This document shows, piece by piece, positions 13,001 to 28,000 of a DNA stretch of 64,000 nt; position 1 is the stretch's first letter, and each line of letters begins with the position of its first letter. The notes under the pieces are model-generated. The model searched no databases. It saw only the letters and a list, made by a program, of their open reading frames with translations, and had not been told where the DNA came from. Both the position numbers and the translations under genes were made by a program. The stretch is from NCBI GenBank assembly GCA_030141605.1, contig JAQGDQ010000176.1, positions 62,001 through 126,000 of the forward strand, written 5' to 3'. This DNA comes from Tubiluchus corallicola (taxonomy: Eukaryota > Animalia > Priapulida).

Positions 13001-16000
13001 ATCTACCGATTGGCAAGACACTGAATTTTACATTGTTGACGTTAGTGGTCCTGCTGTCATTGGTTTACCGTCATGTCAGAAACTAAAACTAATCACCCTA
13101 CATTGTAATGTGAACTCTCAGCCAGTGACGAAAGCACTCATTCACAATGTGTCTGATTTAACAACTTTGTACCCTCAACAATTTGATAGAATTGGATGTT
13201 TGCCAGGTGAGGTAAAACTAGTAGTGGATCCCAATATACAGCCACACATAGATCCACCTCGAAAAACACCTATAGCACTAAAGGATGCTATCAAGGAAGA
13301 ACTCGATTATATGGAAGCAAACGACATTATCAAAAATGTTACAGAACCTACAGACTGGGTTTCAAGTCTTGCCTACAGTCGTAGAGGAAATGGCAGCATA
13401 AGGATGCAAGATACCTAAACAAAGCACTAAAGAGACCGCACCACAAGACACCTACGATTGAAGAGCTAACACACAAATTTGCAGGTGCTCGTTACTTTAG
13501 CAAACTAGATGCAAAAAATGGGTATTGGTCTGTACGTTTGCACCCAGATTCACAGCTTCTCACAACATTTCAATCACCTTTTGGCAGATATGCCTTTAAG
13601 AGACTTCCATTTGGCTTGTCTGTGTCGCAAGATGTTTTCCAACACCACATGGATGCAATTCTTAGCCAGTGTGATGGTGCAACTGGTATTTCTGATGACA
13701 TTGCGGTATATGGTTCTACCCAAGAGGAACATGAGACAAATTTGCATCAGCTAATGAAAGTTGCTGCTAAAGGTGGTTTTGTTTTTAATTCAGAGAAGTG
13801 TGCAATAAAGCAATCTAGCATTTGCTTCTTCGGGATGGTGTTTTCAGCAGATGGTGTAAAGCCTGATCCCTGTAAGGTTGCTGATCTTTGTGCTATGCCT
13901 ACCCCAACATCGAAAAATGAGTTACAAACAATTTTAGGCTTCATCACATATCTTGCTCCATTTATAAATAATCTTTCAGACAAAGCTGCAATTCTTCATG
14001 ATTTGCTAAAGCAAGATAGTGAGTTTGTGTGGCAAGTGCACCATGATAAATGTTTTGAACAGCTTAAAAAACTTGTAACATCAGAAAGTACCCTTCAGTA
14101 TTTTGACGTAAACAAAGAAACTACGTTGCAAGCAGATGCTAGTGTCAGGGGTTTAGGAGCTACTATTTTGCAAGATGGAAAACATGTTGCTTACGCTTCA
14201 AAGAGTCTCACGGAAACTGAGTCTCGCTATGCTTGCATAGAAAGAGAACTGTTAGCCATTTTATTTGGTGTGCAAAGATTTCGCACATATTTGTACGGAA
14301 CAAGATTTCGTGTCATCACGGATCATCGTCCATTAGTCATGATCACAGAGAAAAATGTTACAAGTGCATCACCTCTCATACAGCGCATGTTACTCAAACT
14401 TCAGGAGTATGACTATTATGTCGAATATCATCCAGGAAAGGATGTGGCAGTAGCTGACACACTGTCTCGATTGCCAAACATGGAAAATAGCAAACCCATT
14501 GATTTAGATTTGCAAGTACATCTTCTACAGTTTAGTACAAATAAGATGAGTGAAATTCAAGTCACAACGAGAAGTGACCCTATGCTTAACCATGTAATGG
14601 AGATAATCACAGTTCAGTGGCCAAGCACCATTAAAGGTTTGCCTACACATCTACGACCATTTTGGTCTATGAGAGATGAACTAACGGTTCACGATGGCAT
14701 CATCCTGAAAGGAATTCGTGTTTTAGTCCCAGAAAAATTACGCAGAGATGTGCTCACACAACTGCATTATGGGCACTTAGGCTCTGAAAAAACGAAACTT
14801 GGAGCTAAAAGGACAGTCTACTGGTTGAACATAAATCAAGACATCGACAAACTTGTCCAAGCTTGTCCAACATGCCAAGAGTACAAAGTATCTCAGCCAC
14901 ATGAAACTCTGATACCTCATGAAATTCCAACCAAGCCTTGCGATAAGGTTGGAACTGATCTTTTCCATATGGATGGATGTGAATGGTTAATCATAGCTGA
15001 TTACTATTCTAAATATCCTGTGGTGAAAAAGTTGCACAATCCATGCACAAGTGCTACAGTGATATCAGCAACGAAGCAAGTTTTTTGTGAATTTGGCATT
15101 TGTTTGGATGAAAGCTGAAAGGCAATCTTCCTGAACAGATACATAATAAATTACCGCATAAAGATGAGATTTATCAACGACTGAAAGAACGGCAGAATGT
15201 ACAGACAGTGTACCACGATCAACACGCGAGAGACCTTCCTCCATTGTACCCAGGACAAAGGGTACGTGTGCAGAATAACATTGGACAGTATCCAGGTACT
15301 ATTGAGTCACGATGCAATGAACCACGTTCATACATGGTTCAGACACCTAATGGAAATGTAATTCGCAGGAACAGACATCAACTGGACGAAACTCTTGAAC
15401 AACCATCATCAGTGAAGAAGAAAGTTACATTCACTGAGCCTTTCAGAACAATCATACCACAAAATCAGGCGGCACAGCCTTGTGTAAAACCGATGAGCAT
15501 TGCAAAAGATGATTATAAGATTAACATGGAAAGAAACAATCAGCAAGATAATAGTGCAAATGGTTATAAAACTAGAAGTGGTAGAATCATAAAACAACCT
15601 AAACACTTTGAATTTGAAAAGTACTAAGTTTCGTATATTAATTCAAACGCTGTATGAAACTGCGTTATGCAAATTTTGTTAATATGTTAATTGACCATGC
15701 ATATTTAGTTTTGCCAGAGTTATAAAAAATTTGAAGTGCTAAAAAAAATTGAGCACATTTACTGTTATGCAGTTCATTCATGTTTCTTGTGAATTTTAAC
15801 AAAGCTATAAAGGGTTAGGCTAGTTACAATATCTTTACCATTAGTCAAGCTTGTATTATAACTTCTGGTTAAAGGAAAAGCACACCTCTAATTTGCAGTG
15901 ATGGGATGTAATAATATCTCAATGACTATTTAATGTGTGCATGCATAACAGGAGAGTAGTCTCCGCCATGTCATAATTCTCAAGACACGCTTGTAATAGT

Positions 16001-19000
16001 GCGTTCTGAATTATCTATTAAATGTGTTGTAAACTCTACTACATTGTTCAGACACGTCATGTATCTTCAGTTCATAAGCTTGGTTTGTTAATTGGTATCA
16101 ATAGATGCCCAGCCTATAACGATTCTTCTTAAGAGTTGCTTTCGTTTGGTTGGTACTGTTGAGGCTGTTGGGCTACCAATCAGTCACTGGTAGTTGTCCA
16201 GGAATAACCTTGGTCTTAACAGATTTTTTGAGCCCTGCTTGTTTGAAATCTTAGACTGCCTTTTTCAAGTTAATTGTGATTTTTTGTTAAACTTACCATT
16301 TATGTCGCCATTAATTTAACTAATTGCTCATATTATTGGTTTTGTTCCTAGGTTTATTATTACAATGCAAAAACAAGAGAAGCTGCTTGGACCAAACCTG
16401 AAAATGTTAAGATCATAAATCAGGCGGAACTAGAACAAATGGTTCAAGCTGCCGCAGCAGCACAATCGACCAATACTAGTCAGAGTATTGGAGGAACTTC
16501 TACTGCTGCACAAGCTGCCGTTGCACAAGGTGAGTCATATATGAACATGTACATCTGGGTTTTCTGTATTTAAGCATGGTTGTCAGTAAGGTGCACAAAC
16601 TAACACTGTTTGATTTGAAATGGCCAGTAACGACAGCAAGCATTGTAATCAGTTTATTTTTACAAGTTGTGATAGGTATTGCTACTGTGCATCTGTTCAC
16701 ATTTAGTGAAATTTTCTGTCATATTGTCTAATGGTTTGCATTTTAAATATTGCAGCACAATTAGCTGTACAAGCAAAGTCTGGTGGAGAGGCACAAGACG
16801 ACGAAAATGAAGCAGAATCAGCACCACAAGCTCAACCAGATACATCCCAGCATCAAATGCCACATCAGCAACACCCTGGTCCGGGACCTGGTCAGGGACC
16901 ACCTCCATTTGGTATGTAGATATTGAAATATGTGGCAATGTTCTACTAAACCTTCTGCTGTGCAGAACTGTGATTTGTGCACGATACCTGTATCATTTGT
17001 ATTATTGCAAAGATTTTGTCATTGTTTTCAGGCCACCCTTCTCAAGGGCCCCCACGAAACATGCCTCCTCCTGGATTTCGTCCCCCATTTGGTGCAGGTC
17101 CAGGTCCAGGAATGTTTCCTCCTGGCCAGGGAGGCCCTCCAGGCATGCCTCCTCCTGGCATGATGGGTATGCCTCCTGGAGTTCCGCCACCAGGTAAGTG
17201 TTAAGAATTTTTAATGTTACTTAAGTGAAGGTGGCAGTGGTGGCAAGTTTGCCAAGTCTTTCTGATTTAATGGCTACTCTTGACAACTAAATTGCTAATT
17301 TTTAATCACAGTCATTCATTCTCATATTATGTGGCATTACGGGATAAAGTTGCACATTGTTTACATTAACTGTGTGTTAATCACTTTTGGTTTATTTTTA
17401 TATAATACATATGATGTAAACGTTTTGAGTATTTATGTATTTAATCTTGGCATTTCGTTTGTAGGTATGTTTGGGCCAGGACCTGGAGGACATTTTTCAG
17501 GACCTCCTGGAATGTTTCCTCCTGGGGGACCCCAGCAAAGCCCATCATCGCAAAATGAGCCCGAAACAAAGGTAATAAAACATATTTTGCAAATTTCTGT
17601 TTGTTTTCTAAATATTTCTTAACTTAAATGGCTTCTGTTGTGTGGATGGTGCACAATTAGTTGGAATAACTTTGCCAAACAGCAAAACTTGCTTGCTAAC
17701 CTTAAAATACAACAACAGTATAAACATTATTTGAAGTTAGCATTGAGATCGACAGTTAACAAATAGCGATGACTATTATGATGTTTCTTCACCGACCACC
17801 AGCGGCAATATATTTTTGCTTACTACTTTTGAGCTATTCCTGTATTCAGGAAAAAGCTTCACAAAGAGTGTGAAGTGCACATTTGACTTTTTTGGCAATG
17901 CCAAGTTTTATATTATTTTAATTTTTAATTCGTTCATTTTTCAGAGCGAACAGCCAACTCCTGCTACAAGTTCTATGGAAGAGGAAGCTAAAAAATGGTC
18001 AGAGCACACCACAGGTGATGGCAGAGCATACTACTATAATTCTGTCACTATGGAATCCACATGGGAAAAACCTCAGGTCATGAAAGATGTTGAAGGTATT
18101 TCTGTTCTCTTGTTTGTATTAAATCTTTAGCATTTTATGATAGCATTTTTGTAAGTATTTTGCTGTTAAATTAATATGATATAAATCACACTTAGCTGCA
18201 AAAGCCAGTGCTCAAAAGCCTGATATTCAAGCTGAACCAGTGCGCACAATGCAAGAGGAGCCAAAGATGGAGCAGAAGGTTGTTGAAAGTCTTACACCTG
18301 AAAAGAAAAAGGAAGAAGATTCTGAAGATGAAGGCCAGAACTCTCCCGCTGAGCATGAAAAGGAGGAGGTGGGTTTTTGTGCTTCTGCTCATAATTGTAT
18401 TGATCTATTTGTGACTAAAAGACTTTTAAATGCAGCGATACGTATGAGACGTTCAGTATTTTCAAGTGTGTTGCTTCATATTTGGAGCTTGAAAACAACT
18501 GACCACGATGATCTTATAAATGCATATGTGCGTTTTCAATTATGTCAGCTTTTAACAAAGGCTATCTAACGGCATATATTGTTTTACTGTTTGGTCCAAA
18601 AGCTGTCACGTGGCCTATGATGTCCTAAGTTGTAAGATGCGTGAGTGTGCTTGTCTAATCATCAAACAAACAAGTCAGGCAAAAGGATTTCCTTTGTTAC
18701 AAGAATACGAGTAGAGAGTGTAGTTTTGCATTATGCCCAAAAAATGTCTTTTCTCGTTTACTTTAGCAAAAAGTACTCTGAATTTTGTTTATGTATGGAC
18801 CAGTTTTCTAAAATTTGAATTTTCATCTGTAGTTTAGACTACCATACTCAGCTATTAACTAATCGCTATAAATAAAATTGTAGCCGGATTTGAGGGGTTT
18901 GAAAAGATCTACAAAATGGTGTAAAGTTTTCATGTTTAGGATGTTTCTAGAAACTACATGTGTTACACATTAATTTTTGTGCTTGAGGCATAAAACTTGA

Positions 19001-22000
19001 ATGAATAAATTGTGCAGTTAAAAAGATGAAATGTTTATATATCTTAAGGGAAGTGTGATTGAAGTGAAAAAATTGGGGACTATGACTAAATTTAAAATTC
19101 AGCATTGTTAGCAGCCTCCAAGTACAATGGAAAAATTAAATGAAAATATTTTATGTAACGTCTTGTCGTACGTAATATTAATTATTAAATACTGATGAAT
19201 TAAGTTTTTGTTTTCTTGATGAACATTTATTAAATGACAGTTAGATTATGTGCCTTTCTGAAACTTTTTTGTTGTAAAACAGGAAAAAGAAGAAGAGGAA
19301 GAAATGACCGAGGAACAAAAAGCAGCTGAACGTTCTAAGCCCGTGTCATCCACGCCTGTGACAGGTACACCTTGGTGTGTTGTGTGGACTGGTGACGGAC
19401 GTGTGTTCTTCTACAATCCGACGGCACGACTATCGCTGTGGGATCGACCAGAGGAACTTGTTGGAAGAGCCGATGTTGATCCGTTAGTAGCTCATCCTCC
19501 TGTACCTGTTGAAAAAGGTATACTTTTTTATATTTATTTATGTTCTCATAAAATGTAAATGTAATAGATTTGGGCTTGCTCAGTCAAAGTAAGTATAGAA
19601 AGTACATTACAGAAAGTACCATGACATTAATGTAAATATATTTGAAATGGTAATCGTGAACAGCAACTTTTGTTGTGTCATATAACATAATGTATTACAC
19701 AGTTCGTTTAGTACATGTGCATTAGTCTAATAAGTTTCAATAGTATTCAGACCATTATGGTACTAATAAATAGTCAGATTACTAGCTACTAGTTTAGTTC
19801 AAATGGTTTTGTTTGTTCCAGCTATTAAGAAAAAAGCCGAAGAGCCAAGTGACTTGGAACCTACACCAAAGAAGAAGAAGAAGTATATTTATAGAATTAC
19901 TTATTTGAATAGCGTTTATTTTTATAGTTTCTCTATTTCTACTTTTACGTTATGTATTTTTGTTTTATTGAGAGAAGCTACAGTTTTGTATAGGAATCGT
20001 GTAGTTTGTTGCCTTGTACAGTACCGATACTCAACACAAATAGGATGAACATGTATCCTGTAATGATATTATAGAATATTTCAATGAATTTTCTATGATT
20101 TTCAATAAGTGTTAAGGCAATACATAAATAGGTGAAAGAAACTGGTGAATAGACTGCCATATATCAGTGCATTAATGCCAATATTTAATGCTTATTGTTT
20201 AATCCTTAATGTTTAATGTTTAAACTTCTAATAGTAAAATCTAAATTTGGTTAATTTTAAAATTAGGGCAAGCATCAGCAACTGAATTTTTTTGGGGTAT
20301 ACTAATCAATGATGATTTTGTCTTAAGGCATAAAGAATCTGCAAAAACAGAACCCACAGAGGATAAGTCAGAAGACAGTAATCGTAAAGGCGCCACCATT
20401 GACGCAGGAAAAGAAGCAGCCATTGAGGCAGAAGTGCGGGCTGCAAGGGAGCGTGCTGTCATTCCTCTAGAGACGCGCATGAAGCAATTCCGAGAGATGT
20501 TGCAAGAAAAGGAGGTTTGCTAAAGTCTTTTCGAACATTTGTATTCCCTGTTATTTTGCAGAATATTTTCCATCATCTTGACCTAAAAACACTATCTAAT
20601 TATTAATGTTTACACTGCATTGGTTTGATAATTTACCTCAAAATTTTGAATTGCACTAGCAGTTACTTAAACAAAATTCAAATTTAATGTTACAAAATTG
20701 GCATTTAGCACAGTGTAAAAATTTAAAATTTATCAAGTCTTTTTTCTCTTAGATTCTGTTTAAACTCTCCTTTGATTAGTATATGCTCAATATCATTATA
20801 ATACTAATATACTCTGGTTATTAGTATTTTTGACTGGTAAGGTTGGGACTTTGGTGGTTTAATTTTCTGCCTGTAAAACCACAGCTGGTTTGAGTATTTT
20901 ATGCCACGATACAAGTGTAAGCTGTTACAACAATTTTAGGTTTTTTTTTGTAAGTTTTTATTCATCTAATGAACATATTTTTAATTTGAGTAGCCTTTCT
21001 GTATGAAATTGCAAAGATTTGTCATTGATGGATTCTCAACTCAATAATTTTATGTTATCAAATGATTTGCAGAGAAATATAAAACAAATTTATAACGTTA
21101 GAAAGGAAATTTCGTTTCCCGAAATGTATGCTTTGATTCAAATATCATGTATATGAAAAGCTGTACTAGCAGTTTCAAGCAATGCATCAAAATTAATTAA
21201 ATATTTCTTGTCAGGGCCTAATAAACTGATTAAATGAGATGTAGAATTATTTACAGTCTCTAAATTAAATTTAAGGTTTAATAGCTCGAAGTTAGTTGGT
21301 TCCATATACACATAGTTTTCTTTTTTGAAATGGTGTTTAACACCATTCTTGATTACTAGCTTATTTTTCGTCAGATTACCCTCGAATTTAGTTAACTTCG
21401 AACTACACTGCAAAATTTCTTCTTATATTTGCTCAGTAACTGCAGTTAAAGCTGTTAAATTAATCAATATTTTTTAGATTTATTTTTATGCATGTAATGA
21501 AATGAAATGCTTTGTCATTAGTTATGCTGATAAAAACTTGATTTAGAAACTTGATTAGAAAATTTGCTTGTTTTGTACATTGAAAATAGGTGTTTCACTC
21601 TTCATACAATGACCATATGGTGACACAATAACAAAGCGTAATATATTTTGATGGAGTTAAATAGTGTTATGTAATTTTTATTATAAATAACTTTAGGCAC
21701 AAGTGTAAATGTCCCACACAATACTTCTTTAAATGAACTTTGTTTTCATTTCTACTCATTTCATGGATTTTATAATGCTTTTGATTTTTTTCTGATAAGG
21801 TATCAGCTTTTTCTACCTGGGAGAAGGAACTACACAAAATTGTGTTTGATCCACGATATTTACTTCTCACATCAAAGGAACGCAAGCAGGTAATTACTAT
21901 TAACTTACTATTTTGTGATGTCTTACAACACTAACTTCTTACAGTTGTAATTTATCTGCAGATTGTATTTTAATTTGTTTTTGCTTGCTCAGGTATTTGA

Positions 22001-25000
22001 GAAATATGTTAAAGAGCGAGCTGAGGAGGAGAGGAGAGAGAAGAGGAGTAAACTGAAGGAAGCTCGTGAAGCATTTCGACAGCTCATGGAAGAAGCTGCT
22101 TTACACAGCAAGTCAGTTGGTTATCTCTTGTATCTGTTATAAGTTACAACAATTGATTATTTTTATGAGTCAATTTCTATTTCATTGTGTAAAGTTTCAA
22201 TAGCTCATACATTACCCTTAGACCTGGGGTAAAAATAAAATGCTAAAGAATTCTGGGCTTCCTTACTTAAATGTGCATTTTTAGTTATTACCCAGTGACA
22301 GCATAGTTAACACCAGAGGTTTTCAAAACCCATTTCATTCATTGGTTTCTCGTATGTTGCTTCTTGATATAGAATTATATGTAAAATGAACTTTTTGGTA
22401 GTATATTTTACTTTTATGTGGTAATTATTAAAGCAATTTATGACTAAATTTTGTTTCTTCATCACAAAACTTCCATTTAAGTTTTAATGCCCATGTTAGC
22501 CTAAATAAAAAAAAACTTGTACATTTTGACATTTCATTTGATACAAATAGCTCACTGAATAAACCACACTCTTTCCTGGTTTTTTTAGTTCCTCTGCTGA
22601 ATGTCAATTCCTCGCCCAGTCTTCTCCTGATAAAATGCCTTCTCTAAGATTTGAAATTTCTCCCTTCTGAACTGATTTACATGCCATTTTCTTGCATTAG
22701 AGTGCTGACATTGTTAATGGAAATTTTAATAGAAGGTGAAAAAGAGAAATATTGTAGCATGTCCTAAAGACCTTTCCATATGAAATTCTATTACTTTCCA
22801 TTACCCTTATCTTTCTGAAAAGAAAATTCTTAGTAATTTAAAATTTCTGCTGCAATTTGTAAAATTTCACTGGCTCATGACAAAACGTTATTAATGTTAT
22901 TGACAGGATAAAGCAGTTTATACTTTTGGTTAGTGAAGTATGTACTGCAAACGCTTTGATTATTTTTTTGAATTTCCTTAAATTTCTTACTCATAGAATG
23001 ACCGTTAAAATATCTGCACCTAATTGTCAGCGTTGTGGTTTAAATTTACAAGTTTCCTGCAGCATTACTGCTAATGCAATTTTTCTGTGCAGAAAGCCAG
23101 CATATACATGTGATACAAAATTTCAAGATGAATTTTTTCCTTTATTTAAGTAAAGGGCTTTCTTGTTGTTTAAGGTGTTACTGATCACGCTACAAAAAAC
23201 TGCTCTTCTCACAGTTCCTACATATTTTTTAATTAAGTAGGATTAAGTCTAAAATTTTGTTTTAAATTTAAAGTTTAATTTTTACTTAAATCCTTTTGCT
23301 ATGTTTCATAGATCAGACTTCTTACTGTTTATATTATGCATCAAATGACCATCAAATGTTGTAGGTCAAGCTTCAGTGATTTTGCTGCTAAATTTGGCAA
23401 AGATGACCGATTCAAGAACATTGAGAAAATGCGGGATAGAGAGAGCTTATTTAGTGATTATCTATCGGAGCTTCGACGAAAAGAGAAGGAAACTAAAAGT
23501 AGTCAAAAAGAAAAGGTAAGCTCAGGTTTGTAGCAATCATTCCAGAGCGATATGCCCCAAAATATTGATATTATCGTCAATAATATTTTGCTATTATATC
23601 AATAATAATGACATCACAGTGTGCGGTGTTTATGAACTGTAACAAAGTTAACAAAGTTTCACATTTTCAGATGAAATTTGAGGTGAGTTCTTGAAAAAAA
23701 AATACTTTTTCAAAATTTCGTTTGAATTAAATTATTTTTAATATCATGTTTGTGTGTTTGTTGCCTTACATTGCCTTTCTTTTTAACTCCTATAATGCTG
23801 ATCACATATCTAGTAGTACATTATAACTTATATAAACTTCTATAACAAAGATTTTTTTCAGGGTATATCTATATGTGTCTATTATGCATTATCTATTTAC
23901 ATATTTATGGTCAGATGTCTTCAAAATGCTATGGTGTTCGATTTGTATTTGCGATACGTATTGCAGAATTTATATTTCAGCAATTGACAGAGACAGTATT
24001 ACCTATGAGCAGTCAACAAATGCCGTATATTTGACAAAGAATTATTTTTTTTCAGCATAACAAAACCATTACTTTTCAGGTTCAATAAAGCAGTGCCATT
24101 TGTTGATTTAATCACAAAACTTGATTATTGGTTTCATTCTCTTGGTTTTCTCTGTTTTCTGTTGTTGATAGTTAATTTGTTGAATGCTACAATAGGCTTC
24201 TTCATGAACTAGTGATTTGCATTTCAAGTGTATGTGTATATGAATAAATTTTTGAAAATACCTTTACCTGTTTCCACTGTTGTTTAATGTTCTTGTAACT
24301 ATGCTTCCGGTACATCCCAATCCAAATTCATGTATTAAAAGCATGTTTTGCAAACCAGATTTGACCATGTATTGAAATAAATTATATTTCTGACATTGTA
24401 TGTTGTGTTGTATAGTAACTGCTATCACTTTGTTGAGATTTTTAGTAATTTTCGATTGAAGTTGCTTGTTGGTTGCAAAGTTTTAACTGGTTCCTTTGTT
24501 CGGAAATAATTGTAACTTAAAGTTAACTTAAATGTTAAATTGTTTTAACAATGAATACTTCGACTGCTTTTCTTTGCTTTGTTGAGAAGTTATCAAGTTT
24601 TAGTTTTTTCCCAAAACAGCAGTGGCGCCATGACATGCCTATTCTGGCCATTTGGGCACGACCAGAACTGTAGAACATCTGTTGTAGTGCAGCAGGATAG
24701 CACAATAGCGACTATCACAAGCAGTTCAACTGGTATTAATCTTTGTCACATTCTGTGTTCAACTCTAACAAATTTGTCAAAAAATTATTTCTTAACAGAA
24801 CATATGTGAAATATGTCTCTGACAGTGTAACTGTACAAACGAATCTCTACAATTTGGCGTAATTTACTGTTATCGTGTCATGGTTAAAGATTTGAACAAA
24901 GTTTACATATTGTGTGTAAAGGAAGTCGTCATAATGTTCAGTGACAGACACATACATTGCTATTTAAATATTTTGATTAGCTCTGTTGCTTTGAATTATT

Positions 25001-28000
25001 TAATCAAGCTAGTATTTGTGCAAATGTGAAAATACTGAAGAGATTGGGTAATTGGGTGTGTAATTTATTTTTATCTGTGTAGTGTTTGCTTATAAATTAT
25101 TGTGCTAGTGTTGACCTCGAGTTTTAGTACAAAGCAAAGCCTCAATATTTGCCTGCCTTTTGCTTTTATCGGCCTTGTTCTAGGTGGAGGAAGAAGCACT
25201 GTTGAATGAGGATTATCTGTTGTTCTGATCTTTAAATCATTTTGCACTAAATTAACAAACCCACAAAACTATGTAAGCCAAATCATGTGCTTCTGCACAT
25301 AAGAGGTGACAGGCCGGACAAACTTAAATATTTATCAGCCATCGCTTAAACAATTTTGTTCCTTATCTGTTCAAGTGCTTACAGCCTAGAGTCACAAAAT
25401 ATATGGCATGCTAAGGCCTTACTCTATATAATGACCATTTCAATGTCAAGTGGTCACAAAGTGAAATTTTGTAAAATGGTCAGTGATGGATTTTCTGATC
25501 ATGCTCATAAACTTACCTTGGGGGAAAAACTTTTGAAACTGGCACTCGAGGTCAATACTGATGTTTTTATTCTGGTAATACCATACTAGCTTAAATAGCT
25601 TCTTTTGTCTCTCGTTACATATCAGACAGTGGTCTGCCTATTTCGATAGCTGTGTACAGCAACACATAATTTATGATATTATTTATAGTAAACAATAGAA
25701 AATCACTTAACAAATGCCACTGCATCTACAAACATTTGGCGGAATCAGTTTTTGAGTGAAAGTACAAATTCGGCTCCCCTGTAACAGAATATTGCGCAAT
25801 GAATGAATTGGTACTTGCTTGTTGCAAAGTCTCAAATTGTAATGCAGTATTCCACAAAAACTTTTGTCTGGTATTACCATTAATAATTGATACTGCTGTG
25901 ATATAAATGTGTTTTTAAATGATAGTTATGTGTAATGATGTAACATTGTATTTTCTAATGCAATAATCTGTAAAAGAATTAAATGTCAGTAATTATGTAA
26001 TTACTGTTTGAGAAGCATGGCAGCTAAAATGTATCACGTTCTTCATAACTGAAGTGAAAGTGCTGGTGCAAATTTAGGTTACTGAGTTACAATCACATCT
26101 GTGCTCTCTGCTATTGAATCATGATTTTTTTCCAGCAGCTACAAGTAATATTGAATTTGTTTTGCAGGATTTAAGCCTGGCGAAGTTCTTTTCTTAACAT
26201 ATATTTGTGTACAGTGCAGATATGCATTTCCTTAATGTAGATCTGTATAGTCATTGTTGAAAAAAGTTTTCTACATTTCAATAGCACTTGTGTTAAAAAT
26301 ATGATAACTGTTGTTAAGAAATGATACTTCGTCGGACTTATCTTTAAGTTAATAAAGATTTTTTTCAGGTTTTATAAAGTTTACATATTATGATTCTAAT
26401 ATTTATTTTTCTGTTGCAGGCTGTTAGACAACACAAAATATAAAATATTGTTCAAATTTCATAAACCATTTCTATTAACACAAAAGTTCTGTTTAAACGT
26501 AAAAGAACGTTGTTAAGCGCTATATTCAGATATTTTTACTCTCTTTACTTATGCAGTTTGTCCTGCAGCCTGCATCAGAAATTTAGTAATTGTGCTTTTA
26601 TAATTTCAGGCATGTTTTTCGAATTTGTTACTTTGTTAACTGATTCTATATTTTGTCATTTTAGCTAAAAGCTGACTTCATACAGCTGTTAAAGGAGCAA
26701 ACTGATTTGACCAGAGATTCAAGTTGGAGTGCGGTAAGTTGTTTCTATGATCATTCTATTTTTCTTGCTCCACCATTTATGTTTTTTCTTGTTTAAAAAT
26801 GCTTGCATTTTTGTTCTGTTTTTTTACTAAGCTTTTTTGCAGCTTCTTTTGCTTTCTTGAAACTGCATAATATCATTGTTTCAATACTTAATTTTGTTGT
26901 CTTTTATGTTTTTGTTTGTAAACAACACATGTAGTTTGTTGTTTCATTTGTATCTGGACAGTTATTTTGTAGACTACATTTATTTTTAATTAAAATATTT
27001 TGTTTTTAACATTATTATAAGACAACTTTTATTTCTATTATTAATTTACTGCAGTTGTTAAAAAAACTTTTTAAACTGCCTATCAAAGTTATGAAGAATG
27101 AATTCGGTATTTTTTGTTCGTGAGTTTGAAAATTTGCATTTAAATTTTGTACTCTTGATCATGAATAAGCAAAAAAGGCATGTGATGTGCACATAACATA
27201 TAATCGTGAAAAAGCCATTTACCTGTGACGGGTGATGAGATCGACCTCACACATGCAAAATACCTAACTTCATCCTTATGCTTTACTAGTTTTGTGTAAA
27301 ACAAATTAGCCTGAAAAGCTTATTTGCTATTGATGTATATAAGTGTTACTGTACAATGGAAATTGCTGGATTAAAGCTAATATGAAAAGTGAATTTATTA
27401 GTATGTGTGTGCGTGAGTTATTTGTAGAATTTTACTACATTCTACATTTTACATAGCTACTAAATTCATTATTTCGTTTGTTATTTGGCATTGACTTTTT
27501 CAGTTATTTATATAGTTCTTCGTCTAAGAAGTTATTTATTTGTTGTATACTGTGGTCATAATGTAAAACTAGATTTCTTGACTTTTTCTGTTAAAACTAG
27601 CTGCGTAATCTAGTCTAGTTTGTTGATGTACATAATTAATCTGTCTTGCATAATTATTTCATAAATTTTTGATCAACTTATCATATTTTATTTTGATAAT
27701 TTATTCTGTCAAATAATTCAGTATTTGTTTTTTGTTTTATTTTTAAATAACTTTATCATTTAGATAAGCAGCTACGCTTTGCATTAGCTAAATGCATTTT
27801 CAGAGCACTACGTAGATGAATTAATTACGTAATTGTAATAAAAAGCAATCTTACCAAGTACTTGCTTTTTGTCATGATTTTGTAATTTTTTTATATGTAC
27901 AGTGGCTTGAAAATATGTCTTAACAAAAATTTAGTGTTGATGCCAGGGTTTATTAGTAAAATAACATTATTCGTACTTGTTAGTGTACATAACAATGAAG

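Larger units (their letters stand above)
11582..16069 (+). mobile_element. Ty3/Gypsy-type LTR retrotransposon with both LTRs, internally decayed, in TCERG1 intron 4
   Basis: Two 163-bp TG...CA LTRs (11582-11744, 15907-16069); 5-bp target-site duplication GTTCA (11577-11581, 16070-16074); internal order gag-PR-RT-RNaseH-IN. Confidence 0.96.

Noticed and set aside
27233-27314. Possible intronic C/D-box snoRNA (GTGATGA...CTGA)
   Set aside because: No terminal stem and no recognisable rRNA or snRNA antisense element; such boxes occur by chance.
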